The notes under the pieces are model-generated. The model was given only the letters and a program-made list of their open reading frames with translations, ran no database searches and had not been told where the DNA came from. Both the position numbers and the translations under genes were made by a program. Shown piece after piece: positions 10,660 through 20,187 of a stretch of DNA of 64,000 bases. The DNA comes from Burkholderiales bacterium (lineage in GTDB: Bacteria; Pseudomonadota; Gammaproteobacteria; Burkholderiales; JALYOK01), in the NCBI GenBank assembly GCA_046598945.1, contig JBKJHT010000055.1:10149-74148 (forward strand), given 5' to 3'. Numbering within the stretch: position 1 is the stretch's first letter; each line of letters opens with the position of its first letter.

Positions 10660-11703
10660 TCAAGCGCTAACGAGACTCGCGAGTTCTCGCGTTAATTCTC
10701 CGGCGCCGATTTCTTTGCAGCCGGTCGCGTTTTGGCCGCACCATAGCGGTGAAAAATCGCCGGAGCCGCGCGCTTCCGCTTTCGCACGCAGCGGCGCGAT
10801 CGCCGATGTGGCGAGGGGAAATGCCGGCGCTGCCGGGTTGAGTGGCCCGATGGTTTTCATCACGCTGTTCAAAATACCGCGCGCCGGCCGGCCGGTAAAA
10901 ATGTTGGTGAGTGCGGTGTGGCGCGCCGCCTCGCTTTTCAGCGCCTTGCGATGTACCGCGCTAATGGTTGCTTCCGGGCACAGCAAATACGCGGTGCCGA
11001 TTTGCGCGCCTGCCGCGCCCAAGGATAGCGCGGCGCGCACGCCGGCGGCGTCGGCAATGCCGCCGGCGGCGATGACGGGAATTTTCACGGCGCGCACGAT
11101 TTGTGGCAACAACGACATCGTGCCTACTTGAGTGGTGAGATCGTCGGACAGAAAAATACCGCGATGTCCACCGGCCTCCAATCCCTGCGCGATCACGGCA
11201 TCGACACCTTTATCTTCCAGCCACAACGCTTCCGTGACGGTGGTCGCCGAGGAAAAAATCTTCGCACCGATTTTCTTTACCCGCTCGAGCAGGCGATCGG
11301 ACGGCAAGCCAAAGTGGAAACTCACAACCTGCGGTTTGAATTCTTCGAGTATCGCCGCCATTTCGTCGTTGAAGGCGGCACGCCCTGGGCCGGTTGGAAT
11401 GGTTGCCTCATCGATGCCGAATTCCATATAGAACGGCGCGAGCTTCCGGCGCCAGGCCGCCTCCCGCGCGGTATTAAAAACGGGCGGCATGTGGCAAAAG
11501 AAATTGACGTTAATGGGTTTGTTGGTGTGGCTGGCGATGTTATGCAGTTCATTGCGCATACCCTTGGCATCGAGCATGGCGCAGGGCAGGGAACCGAGTC
11601 CGCCCGCATTGGACACGGCGATCGCCATGGCGCTGGCTTGTGCGCCGGCCATGGGCGCTTGAATGATGGGGAGTTCGATACCGAGCAGGCGTTGTAGTGT
11701 CAT
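10660..11703 (-). CDS. nitronate monooxygenase (2-nitropropane dioxygenase family)
   Basis: 347-aa ORF with N-terminus LGIELPIIQAPMAGAQASAMAIAVSNAGGLGSL and FMN-binding TIM-barrel motifs (IPVIAAGGIAD). Confidence 0.9.
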   Translation of the reverse strand: MTLQRLLGIELPIIQAPMAGAQASAMAIAVSNAGGLGSLPCAMLDAKGMRNELHNIASHTNKPINVNFFCHMPPVFNTAREAAWRRKLAPFYMEFGIDEATIPTGPGRAAFNDEMAAILEEFKPQVVSFHFGLPSDRLLERVKKIGAKIFSSATTVTEALWLEDKGVDAVIAQGLEAGGHRGIFLSDDLTTQVGTMSLLPQIVRAVKIPVIAAGGIADAAGVRAALSLGAAGAQIGTAYLLCPEATISAVHRKALKSEAARHTALTNIFTGRPARGILNSVMKTIGPLNPAAPAFPLATSAIAPLRAKAEARGSGDFSPLWCGQNATGCKEIGAGELTRELASLVSA

Positions 11704-11904
11704 TGCTTAGATCCTATTGAAGTGTCTTTCCGTGGCGCGGCGAAGAATCTGCTTTTGGGTTTGAAACGGAGTTGGCGAAAAGCAGATCCTTCACTTCGTT
11801 CAGGATGACGTAAATAAATGAGTGCGCCAGCAGGCAATTGCCGCGCGCCTCTCAGGCAATGCATCGCCACGGGCCAATATCTATGCGGTTCCTGGCGTGG
11901 CGCC

Positions 11905-12342
11905 CTAGAGCGGTTTGGTAAAGCCGAACACGCGCACCACCATGCGCTCGCGAAAATAAAAGCGGTGGGCATCGGTGCGGTGCGTGCCGGAGTCGAGGTC
12001 GATGCTATGACAACCGCGCGTGCGCGCTTCTTCGGTTAAGCCGTCGAGCAATAATTTTCCGACGCCTTGCGAGCGTTGTGCGTCGTGCGTCACCAAATCG
12101 TCGAAGTAAAGCTTACGCCCCGCGTGGGTATTTTCTATGATACGAAATATAGCGACACCCAAAACGTTTAAGCTCTCCACCGCGATCCACATTTCCACGC
12201 CGGTGGCGAAAATTTCCGCCATGCGTTTAGGATAATCCGTCGGCAGATGCGGACGCAATTGACGGTGCACCGATTCCGCGCGCGCCAGCCACTCGGCTTG
12301 CACAATGCGCCCGCCCGTTGCCGTGACTTTGATAATGTTCAT
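11905..12342 (-). CDS. GNAT family N-acetyltransferase
   Basis: Acetyl-CoA binding motif AQRSQGVGKLLL is present. ATG at 12342 (MNIIKV...) avoids overlap with the thrC stop. Confidence 0.75.
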   Translation of the reverse strand: MNIIKVTATGGRIVQAEWLARAESVHRQLRPHLPTDYPKRMAEIFATGVEMWIAVESLNVLGVAIFRIIENTHAGRKLYFDDLVTHDAQRSQGVGKLLLDGLTEEARTRGCHSIDLDSGTHRTDAHRFYFRERMVVRVFGFTKPL

Positions 12343-12346
12343 GGGA

Positions 12347-13759
12347 TTACCGGCCCGTACGGGCAGCGACATATTTTTTCACCGCATCGACATTCGCGTC
12401 CATCACTTCAAAGCGTTGCGGCAACTGTTCCAATTGGTCGAAGCTGGAAGGCCGCGGCGGCTCGAAGCCCAGCGCCTCGACAATGGTCTCGGGAAATTTT
12501 GCCGGCAATGCCGTCTCAAGACATATGAGCGGAACGCCCATGGCACGGTAACGCAAACCGACCGTAATGCCGTCAGCGGTGTGGGTGTCGACTATGACGC
12601 CGTGGCGGTTATATAGCGCGCGGATGGTGTTCAGTCGATCCTGGTGCGTGCTGGCGCCGGACACGAAACCGGCGTGCGCCAGTGCGGCAAAAAAGGGTGT
12701 GTTGCGCAGGTCGAAGGCGCCGTCGCGATCGATTTGTTGCCATAGTTTTTTGACCACCTCGGGATCGCGGCCCACCAGCTCGAAAATAAAGCGTTCAAAA
12801 TTCGATGCCTTGGAAATATCCATCGACGGGCTGGAGGTTTGCGCCACTTGATTGGATGGGCGCACACGATAGACGCCGGTCTTGAAGAATTCGTCGAGAA
12901 CGTTGTTTTCGTTGGTCGCCAAGATCAGACGATGAATCGGCAAACCCATGCGCCGCGCCAAATACCCGGCGTATATGTTGCCGAAATTGCCCGACGGCAC
13001 GGCGACATCAATGGTCTCATCGTTACTGCGCGTCACGGCGAAATAGGCTTTGAAATAGTAAACCGACTGGGCACAGACGCGCGCCCAGTTGATGGAATTC
13101 ACCGTGCCGATTTTTTGTTTAGCCTTGAATGCCGCGTCGTTGCTGACGGCTTTGACCATGTCCTGGCAATCGTCAAACACACCGCGCACCGCGATGTTGA
13201 AAATATTCTTGTCTTGCAGCGAAAACATCTGTGCGGTTTGGAACGCGCTCATGCGCTCGTGCGGCGAAAGCATGAAGACTCGCACGCCTTTTTTTCCGCG
13301 CATGGCGTATTCCGCGCTGGAGCCGGTGTCACCCGATGTGGCGCCGAGAATATTCAGCTTCTCATTCGTTTTGTCGAGTACGTGCTCGAACAAATTGCCG
13401 AGCAACTGCATGGCGATATCTTTGAAGGCTAGGGTCGGTCCGTTCGAGCATTCGAGAATATGCATGCCCGTTTCCAACGTGGTCACGGGGGTGATTTGGT
13501 CGCTGCCGAATGCTTCTCTGGTATAGCTTTTATCGATCAGCGCTTTAAGATCCGCCGCAGGAATATCGTCAATAAACTTGCTCAGCACTTCAAACGCCAG
13601 ATCGCGATAACTCAGGCCGCGCCAATACTTGAGTTCGGCGCCATTGACGCTTGGGATGCGCGCCGGCACCGTCAACCCGCCATCAGGCGCGAGGCCGCCG
13701 AGCAAAATTTGCGAGAAACTTTGCGGCGCCATGCCGCCGCGGGTGCTGATGTATTGCAT
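12347..13759 (-). CDS. thrC: threonine synthase
   Basis: 470-aa ORF starting MQYISTRGG, with the PLP-lysine region PTLAFKD and GATSGDTGSSA. Lies downstream of hom. Confidence 0.95.
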   Translation of the reverse strand: MQYISTRGGMAPQSFSQILLGGLAPDGGLTVPARIPSVNGAELKYWRGLSYRDLAFEVLSKFIDDIPAADLKALIDKSYTREAFGSDQITPVTTLETGMHILECSNGPTLAFKDIAMQLLGNLFEHVLDKTNEKLNILGATSGDTGSSAEYAMRGKKGVRVFMLSPHERMSAFQTAQMFSLQDKNIFNIAVRGVFDDCQDMVKAVSNDAAFKAKQKIGTVNSINWARVCAQSVYYFKAYFAVTRSNDETIDVAVPSGNFGNIYAGYLARRMGLPIHRLILATNENNVLDEFFKTGVYRVRPSNQVAQTSSPSMDISKASNFERFIFELVGRDPEVVKKLWQQIDRDGAFDLRNTPFFAALAHAGFVSGASTHQDRLNTIRALYNRHGVIVDTHTADGITVGLRYRAMGVPLICLETALPAKFPETIVEALGFEPPRPSSFDQLEQLPQRFEVMDANVDAVKKYVAARTGR

Positions 13760-13761
13760 GC

Positions 13762-15072
13762 TTAGCCCAGTTCTTCTAAACGGATGCGCGTGATTTTTCC
13801 ATCGACGCTGTCAAGTTCCTCGATCTTTTTCATCGCGGCGTTGATATTTTTTTCGCGACACAAATGAGTAAGCATGATGATGTCCACTTGTTCTTCGCCT
13901 TCCGACGGTTCTTTCTGAATCATGGCGTCGATGGAAATGTGATTGTCGGCGAGGATGCGCGTGACGTCGGCCAACACACCGGGGCGATCGAACACACGCA
14001 TGCGCAAGTAGTAAGAGGTCTCGACTTCGTCCATCGACAAAATCGGCGTGTCGGTCAATTGATCCGGCTGAAAAGCAAGGTGGGGCACGCGATGCTCGGG
14101 ATCGGAAGTGTGCATGCGCGTCACGTCGACCAGATCGGCGACGACAGCGGACGCAGTAGGCTCGGCGCCGGCGCCCGCGCCGTAGTACATCGTCGAGCCG
14201 ACGGCATCGCCTTTCACCAGGATCGCGTTCATCACGCCTTCGACATTAGCGATTAGCCGTTTCGTTGGAATCAAGGTTGGATGCACGCGCAGTTCAATGC
14301 CATTCGCGGTGCGGCGCGTGAGGCCGAGCAACTTAATGCGATAGCCGAGTTGTTCGGCGTATTCGATGTCCTGCTTGGTGAGTTTGGAAATACCTTCAGT
14401 GTAGGCTTTGTCGAATTGCATCGGCACACCGAACGCAATCGCCGACATGATGGTGAGCTTGTGCGCGGCGTCGATGCCTTCGATGTCGAAGGTCGGATCC
14501 GCTTCGGCGTAACCGAGTTTTTGCGCTTCCTTCAACACTTCGTCAAAGGTTTTTCCTTTTGAGCGCATTTCCGAGAGAATAAAATTGCTAGTGCCGTTGA
14601 TGATGCCGGCGATCCACTCGATACGATTTGCGGTCAGGCCTTCGCGTAAGGCTTTGATAATCGGTACGCCGCCCGCCACGGCCGCTTCGAATGCGACCAT
14701 CACACCGGCCTTTTGTGCGGCGGCGAAAATTTCGTTGCCGTGGACGGCGAGTAAGGCTTTGTTGGCGGTAACGACATGCTTGCCGTTGGCGATTGCCTTG
14801 AGCACGAAGTCTTTCGCCGGCGAATAACCGCCGATCAATTCGACGACGATGTCGATGTTCGGATTGGTGATGACTTTCATCGCGTCATCGACCACCTCGG
14901 CGTTGTTGCCAACCAGCTCGCGAGCGCGATCGGTGGCTTTGTCCGCGACCATGGCGATGCGTATTTCGCGGCCGGCGCGGCGCGTGATTTCTTCGCGGTT
15001 ACGGCTCAGGACTCGGAACGTGCCGCCGCCGACGGTGCCGATGCCGAGCAGGCCTACTTGCATGGGCTTCAT
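13762..15072 (-). CDS. hom: homoserine dehydrogenase
   Basis: 436-aa ORF with an NAD-binding N-terminus [12 protein letters not shown] and a C-terminal ACT domain. Confidence 0.95.
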   Translation of the reverse strand: MKPMQVGLLGIGTVGGGTFRVLSRNREEITRRAGREIRIAMVADKATDRARELVGNNAEVVDDAMKVITNPNIDIVVELIGGYSPAKDFVLKAIANGKHVVTANKALLAVHGNEIFAAAQKAGVMVAFEAAVAGGVPIIKALREGLTANRIEWIAGIINGTSNFILSEMRSKGKTFDEVLKEAQKLGYAEADPTFDIEGIDAAHKLTIMSAIAFGVPMQFDKAYTEGISKLTKQDIEYAEQLGYRIKLLGLTRRTANGIELRVHPTLIPTKRLIANVEGVMNAILVKGDAVGSTMYYGAGAGAEPTASAVVADLVDVTRMHTSDPEHRVPHLAFQPDQLTDTPILSMDEVETSYYLRMRVFDRPGVLADVTRILADNHISIDAMIQKEPSEGEEQVDIIMLTHLCREKNINAAMKKIEELDSVDGKITRIRLEELG

Positions 15073-16253
15073 GACAATCCTTCTTTTCTGAATAGGTCGC
15101 GCACGCCGCGCACCGCTTGTTTGATGCGGTTCTCGTTTTCGATCAACGCGAAGCGCACGTGGTCGTCGCCTAGTTCACCGAAGCCAATCCCTGGCGACAC
15201 AGCGACTTTGGCATAGGCCAAGATTTTTTTCGCGAATTCCAGTGAGCCTTGCTTGCGAAATGGCTCGGGGATTTGCGCCCAGACGTACATGCTGGCCTTG
15301 GGGTTTTCCACCATCCAGCCGAGATTATGCAAGCCTTTCACCAACACGTCGCGGCGGCTCTGATAGGTTTGGCGAATTTCTTCGACGCAATCCTGCGGGC
15401 CTTCCAGCGCCAGGATGGACGCCACTTGGATCGGCGTGAAGGTGCCGTAGTCGTGATAGCTTTTCATGCGCGCCAACGCGCCGACGAGCTTTTGGTTACC
15501 GACCATAAAACCGACGCGCCAACCGGCCATGCTGTAACTTTTCGACAGGGTGAAAAATTCCACCGCGACATCTTTCGCGCCGGGCACTTGCATGATGGAC
15601 GGTGCTTTGTAGTCGTCGAACACGATGTCGGCGTAGGCCAGATCATGGACCACCCAGATGCCATATTCCTTGGCGATCGCGACCACGCGCTCGAAGAAAT
15701 TCAAGTCGACACACTGCGCCGTGGGATTGCTCGGAAAATTAATAATGAGCATTTTCGGCTTGGGGTAAGAAGCCTTCAGCGCCTTTTCCAGCTCGTCGAA
15801 AAAATCCACGCCGGGAATCATCGGCACCGTGACGATATTGGCGCCGGCAATCACCGGGCCGTAAATATGAATCGGATAGCTCGGGTTCGGCACCAGCACC
15901 ACGTCGTCGGAATCCAGCGTCGCCAACATCAAATGGGCGAGACCTTCCTTTGAACCGATGGTGACGATGGCTTCTTTCTCGGCATCCATATCGACATCGA
16001 AGCGCGTCTTGTACCAATTGCAAATCGCTTTGCGCAGCCGCGGAATACCTTTGGAGAGCGAGTAACCATGGGTGTTTTCGCGCTGCGCCGCTTCGATTAG
16101 TTTAGCTACGATGTGTGGTGGCGTGGGCTGATCGGGATTGCCCATGCTCATGTCGATAATGTCTTCGCCGCGGCGGCGCGCGGCCGCTTTCAATTCTCCC
16201 GTGATGTTGAACACATAAGGAGGCAGGCGCTTGATGCGGGAAAATTCTTCCAT
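15069..16253 (-). CDS. PLP-dependent aminotransferase, class I/II (AlaC-like)
   Basis: 394-aa ORF with PLP-lysine motif [17 protein letters not shown]-type overlap with the hom start. Confidence 0.9.
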   Translation of the reverse strand: MEEFSRIKRLPPYVFNITGELKAAARRRGEDIIDMSMGNPDQPTPPHIVAKLIEAAQRENTHGYSLSKGIPRLRKAICNWYKTRFDVDMDAEKEAIVTIGSKEGLAHLMLATLDSDDVVLVPNPSYPIHIYGPVIAGANIVTVPMIPGVDFFDELEKALKASYPKPKMLIINFPSNPTAQCVDLNFFERVVAIAKEYGIWVVHDLAYADIVFDDYKAPSIMQVPGAKDVAVEFFTLSKSYSMAGWRVGFMVGNQKLVGALARMKSYHDYGTFTPIQVASILALEGPQDCVEEIRQTYQSRRDVLVKGLHNLGWMVENPKASMYVWAQIPEPFRKQGSLEFAKKILAYAKVAVSPGIGFGELGDDHVRFALIENENRIKQAVRGVRDLFRKEGLS

Positions 16254-16490
16254 TAATTACATTCTTTGTTGGTTCATTATAAATACCACGCCAGAGGCCG
16301 CACGGATCGTGGCGTCTGGCAATGCATGTGCTGCGAGCCGCACGGGTAGCGCTTCTTCGGGCATTGACCGAAAACGAAATCAACTCAATGACGGGAAATC
16401 CACTGCCGGCGCGCTTCTTCGCTCGGCGATGAGAGGCGCGAAGAAAACCGTTATGATTATACTGATCCTATCCATCCCTCGCCAGAACAC

Positions 16491-16856
16491 TTGAAACTCC
16501 ATCTCGCGCAAAACCCCAACCAAAACCTCATTACCGGCTACGGTGCCGGCTATGTTAGCGTCAACGGCCGGCGTTATGAAAGCAATTTGATCGTGACGCC
16601 CAATGAAATCGTGGCCGACTGGTCAATGCGGGCGGAATTGGATGAGGCGGCCTTAGCGCCCGCCGTGCAACTTGCGCCGCAGATCATCTTGATCGGCACC
16701 GGCAAAACGCTGCGTTTTCCGAAGCCCGAGGTTCTCAAGGGCTTGATCGCGGCCAAGATTGGCTATGAGATCATGGACACCCAGGCCGCGTGCCGCACTT
16801 ACAATATTTTGCTGGAAGAGGGACGCAAGGTTGCCGCCGCGTTAATACTCGTCTAG
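16491..16856 (+). CDS. Mth938-like / DUF498 domain protein
   Basis: 121-aa ORF with TTG start. ITGYGAGYVSVNGRRYESNLIVTP and ILIGTGKTLRFP are typical of the family as I recall it. Confidence 0.72.
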   Translation: MKLHLAQNPNQNLITGYGAGYVSVNGRRYESNLIVTPNEIVADWSMRAELDEAALAPAVQLAPQIILIGTGKTLRFPKPEVLKGLIAAKIGYEIMDTQAACRTYNILLEEGRKVAAALILV

Positions 16857-17001
16857 GGAAGCTCTGAATAAATCCGATTTCGTCATGGCTTTATGGTGGG
16901 CTCACAAAAAATATCGCCTTCCATATCATGCCTATGCTGCGTCGATATTTTTTGTTCGCGCCTTGCCTCATTTAGAACTCGAACTTATTCAGCGCTTCCC
17001 T
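16854..17001. mobile_element. MITE-like non-coding repeat, copy 1 (~148 bp, terminal inverted repeats)
   Basis: Ends are TAGGGAAGCTCTGAATAA ... TTATTCAGCGCTTCCCT. The whole element matches the reverse complement of 28350-28503 at roughly 85% by hand alignment. It has no coding capacity. Confidence 0.7.
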
Positions 17002-17084
17002 CGCAGTTTGGCGTGATCGTGCTGTTCAGCAGCGTGACATTGTCGCGGCGAACAATGAGACAGGAATTTCGCGGGCAAGCACAG

Positions 17085-18236
17085 TTAGGGCAAGGCGCGG
17101 GACAAAAATCGAACGACATTTTCGCCCATGATGCTGCGAATCGCCGTTTCGTCAAATCCGGCTCGCTCCAAGGCGGCGGTGATGGCGCCCATGCCTGCGG
17201 CGTCGATCGGGGTGGCAACGTAGCCATCCCAATCGGAGCCGAGCGCCACATGCCCGATGCCGGCAACCTTGACGGCGTAGCGAATCGCTTTCACGACCGC
17301 TGCGACGTCGCTGCCACAGGTCGCATTCGACCAAAAGCCGATGCCGATTAAACCGCCATTTTTAGCGATGCGCTTGATCTGCTCGTCGCTCAGATTGCGA
17401 TTGTTGTTGCAGGCGCCTTTCACGCCGGTATGCGAAACCATGACCGGGCGTTGCGATAGGCGCAACACATCATCGATGGTTTGTTGCGAGGCGTGGGCGA
17501 GATCGATAATCATGTTTCGGCGCGCCATTTCCATCACCCATTGTTCGCCGAGTGGCGTGAGCCCGCGCTGGCTTTCGCCACTGGCGGACGCGCCGATGTC
17601 GCTGTCGGCAAGGTGGGTCGGCGCGATCATGCGAAATCCCGCTTGGTACAACGCATCGAGATTGGCTAGCTCGCCTTTCAGCGCGTGGGCGCCCTCGATC
17701 GTCAACCACCCGGCTGTAACGCCGCTCTGGGTGCGGCGCTTGGCGATGTATGCCTCAAGCTCCGCTCTGGACTTGATTATCGAGAGCATGCCATTTGAGC
17801 GCGCGGCGAAGTCGTGTAGTTTTTCTGCTTGATACAGCGCGCGCTGTTGCAGGCTGATCCAGGTGCGCGGTGGCCAGCGCTGGGCGATACTGAGCAGACG
17901 AATATTGTCGCTCGCCGCGCTGTTGCGTTCGATGTTCAGGCCGCGCGGGGTTTTGGTGACGACGCTGAAGGCTTGCAACGCGATATTGCCTTTGATCAAG
18001 CGCGGAATATCGACGTGACCCCAAGCGTTTTCTTGCAGCAGATTACGATCCCAGAGCAAGCTGTCGGCGTGCAAGTCGGCGACGATCAGGCGTCGATGTA
18101 AATCGCTCGTCTGGGTCGCGCGCGCGGCGCCGGTGAGTGTGTTGTGGCTGGCGTCGACATAGCGTGGCACGACATAGAAGAAAATCCCCAAGGCGACGGC
18201 GGCGAAAACCGCCACGGCAATGAGAAGTTTTCTCAT
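17085..18236 (-). CDS. membrane dipeptidase (peptidase M19 family)
   Basis: C-terminal GIGHVALGSDWDG and HVSHTG-type metal-ligand regions are present. I prefer the ATG giving MRKLLIAVAVFAAVALGIFF, which forms a signal anchor. Confidence 0.85.
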   Translation of the reverse strand: MRKLLIAVAVFAAVALGIFFYVVPRYVDASHNTLTGAARATQTSDLHRRLIVADLHADSLLWDRNLLQENAWGHVDIPRLIKGNIALQAFSVVTKTPRGLNIERNSAASDNIRLLSIAQRWPPRTWISLQQRALYQAEKLHDFAARSNGMLSIIKSRAELEAYIAKRRTQSGVTAGWLTIEGAHALKGELANLDALYQAGFRMIAPTHLADSDIGASASGESQRGLTPLGEQWVMEMARRNMIIDLAHASQQTIDDVLRLSQRPVMVSHTGVKGACNNNRNLSDEQIKRIAKNGGLIGIGFWSNATCGSDVAAVVKAIRYAVKVAGIGHVALGSDWDGYVATPIDAAGMGAITAALERAGFDETAIRSIMGENVVRFLSRALP

Positions 18237-18243
18237 GCTTTCA

Positions 18244-18963
18244 TCACGCGCCGAGCTGTTCCGCCAGATCAAGAAAATCGTCGGCGTTGATGCCAAAACG
18301 CTTTTCGTGTTTGAGATCGGTCTTTTTATTGGGATTGAATTCTTTCGGCCGAGTCACGAACGCGGTCTGCATGCCGGTTTTCGCCGCGTGATCCAGATCG
18401 TCCTTGTGCGCCGCGACCATCATCACCTGCTCCGATGGCAAATCGAGCAAGCGCGCGGCGGCGAGGTAGGATTCGGGATCGGGCTTGTAGTGTTTCGCCA
18501 ATTCTGCCGACAAAATTAAATCCCACGGCAAGCCGCCGAATTTCGCCATATTGGTCAGCAGCGACACGTTGCCGTTAGACAGCGGCGCGATAATGTATTT
18601 GGTTTTCAGGCGCTTCAAGCCGCGCACCGAATCGGGCCAGGGTTTAAGCCGATGCCAGACCCGATTGAGCTCCGCAATTTCCGTTTCCTTGAGGCCTTTG
18701 ATGACAAATTGTTGTAACAGATCGTCGAGGATCATGCGATGCAAAACATCGATCGTCAGCCACGGCAACTCGCCCTTGCGCACCCGATCCATCGCCGGCG
18801 CATAGCCGGCGCGCCAGGCATCGGCGAACGCGGCTGGATCGACATCCCAGCCCTTACGCTCGGCCAACGCGCGCATTTCTCGAATGATCGTGCCGCGATA
18901 ATCGACCACGGTGCCGAAGACATCGAACGTCAGTGCTTTAACCTGTTGTAAACTGCGTTTCAT
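18244..18963 (-). CDS. haloacid dehalogenase type II (HAD superfamily)
   Basis: Core motif LTFDVFGTVVDY carries the nucleophile Asp. I prefer the ATG at 18963 (MKRSLQQVKALTFD) over the longer ORF, which overlaps msrA. Confidence 0.82.
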   Translation of the reverse strand: MKRSLQQVKALTFDVFGTVVDYRGTIIREMRALAERKGWDVDPAAFADAWRAGYAPAMDRVRKGELPWLTIDVLHRMILDDLLQQFVIKGLKETEIAELNRVWHRLKPWPDSVRGLKRLKTKYIIAPLSNGNVSLLTNMAKFGGLPWDLILSAELAKHYKPDPESYLAAARLLDLPSEQVMMVAAHKDDLDHAAKTGMQTAFVTRPKEFNPNKKTDLKHEKRFGINADDFLDLAEQLGA

Positions 18964-18991
18964 TGACCACCTCCCGATTAGTGAGGCATGA

Positions 18992-19549
18992 ATGATACAA
19001 GCTAACCCTGGCACAAGTGAAGTCGCCACCCTCGGCGGCGGTTGTTTTTGGTGCATTGAAGTCATTTTCGACGAGTTGCGCGGCGTCACCGATGTGTTGT
19101 CCGGCTACATGGGTGGCGCGGGTGCAAACCCGACTTATCGCGAGGTGTGTTCCGGAACCACCGGCCACGCGGAAGTGATTCAAGTGCGCTTCGATCCGGC
19201 CGTGATTTCGTTTCGCGAAATATTGGAGGTGTTTTTTACCGTACACGATCCAACCACGCTAAACAGTCAAGGCAACGACGTCGGCACGCAGTATCGCTCG
19301 GCGATCTTTTATCATTCGCCGCAACAACAATGCATCGCCGTCGAAACCGTTGCGGATTTTGATCGGGAACGCGTGTGGGATCGACCCATCGTGACGCAAA
19401 TCAGCGCTGCGCAAACCTTTTATCCGGCTGAGGATTATCATCAGGAATATTATATGAATAATCCCGCTCAAGGTTATTGCCGCATCGTGATCGCGCCGAA
19501 AGTGGCGAAGTTTCGCAAGCAATTTCTCGCGGCGCTGAAACGCACTTAA
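18992..19549 (+). CDS. msrA: peptide-methionine (S)-S-oxide reductase MsrA (cytoplasmic copy)
   Basis: 185-aa ORF with active-site GGGCFWCIE and no signal peptide. Confidence 0.95.
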   Translation: MIQANPGTSEVATLGGGCFWCIEVIFDELRGVTDVLSGYMGGAGANPTYREVCSGTTGHAEVIQVRFDPAVISFREILEVFFTVHDPTTLNSQGNDVGTQYRSAIFYHSPQQQCIAVETVADFDRERVWDRPIVTQISAAQTFYPAEDYHQEYYMNNPAQGYCRIVIAPKVAKFRKQFLAALKRT

Positions 19550-19624
19550 ACACCACCGGCAATCCAGATATACTTCCGGCAATTGCGCAATTTACCGGCA
19601 ACAATTCACTAGGCGACGCCTGTC

Positions 19625-20152
19625 ATGGTTCACCCTTTCAATCAGTTTTCCACCCTAGAAGACCTCGGCGATCTCGCCCCGATTTTGCGCGCGCGGCCGA
19701 ATATCTTGGCCCTGCTGAAACTGTTTCGCTCATTACCGCCGGACGACGTCGACATCATCGCGCGCTACATGCACGGCTATGTTGCCTTGGAGGACACGGT
19801 AGTGTTCCGCGAAGGCGAGATCGGCGATGCGATGTTATTCATTGTCGAGGGCATGGTGCATGTGTATCGCGGCGATCCGGTGGACGGCGTGACTTTGGGA
19901 CTACTGGATCGTGGCAAATCCTTCGGCGAAATGGCGTTAATCGAAAATATGCCGCGTTCCGCCACCTGCGTCGTGCTGCACGATTGCATGTTCGCCGCGA
20001 TGACGCGAGCAAACTTCGAACACCTGACAGCCGACCATCCGCGCCTCGCGATCACCGTGTTGAAAGACGTCGCGCGCATGCTTTCCAATCGCCTGCGCCA
20101 CGCCAACGAAACACGCGAAGGTGGCATGTTCGATTTTCTTGACCTGCAATAA
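19625..20152 (+). CDS. cyclic nucleotide-binding domain protein (stand-alone cNMP domain)
   Basis: 175-aa ORF with the phosphate-binding cassette FGEMALIENMPRSATCV. No DNA-binding or effector domain follows. Confidence 0.8.
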   Translation: MVHPFNQFSTLEDLGDLAPILRARPNILALLKLFRSLPPDDVDIIARYMHGYVALEDTVVFREGEIGDAMLFIVEGMVHVYRGDPVDGVTLGLLDRGKSFGEMALIENMPRSATCVVLHDCMFAAMTRANFEHLTADHPRLAITVLKDVARMLSNRLRHANETREGGMFDFLDLQ

Positions 20153-20187
20153 CACCTTAGCCCGGCCTATGACCCCGCAGAGTTTGA

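Noticed and set aside
11744-11789. Inverted repeat GAATCTGCTTTT-N22-AAAAGCAGATCC between the GNAT and nitronate monooxygenase genes, followed by CTTCACTTCGTTCAGGATGAC
   Set aside because: It could be a terminator for the thrC-GNAT transcript or a REP-like element. There is no U-tract and no second copy in the window, so the evidence is insufficient to call it.
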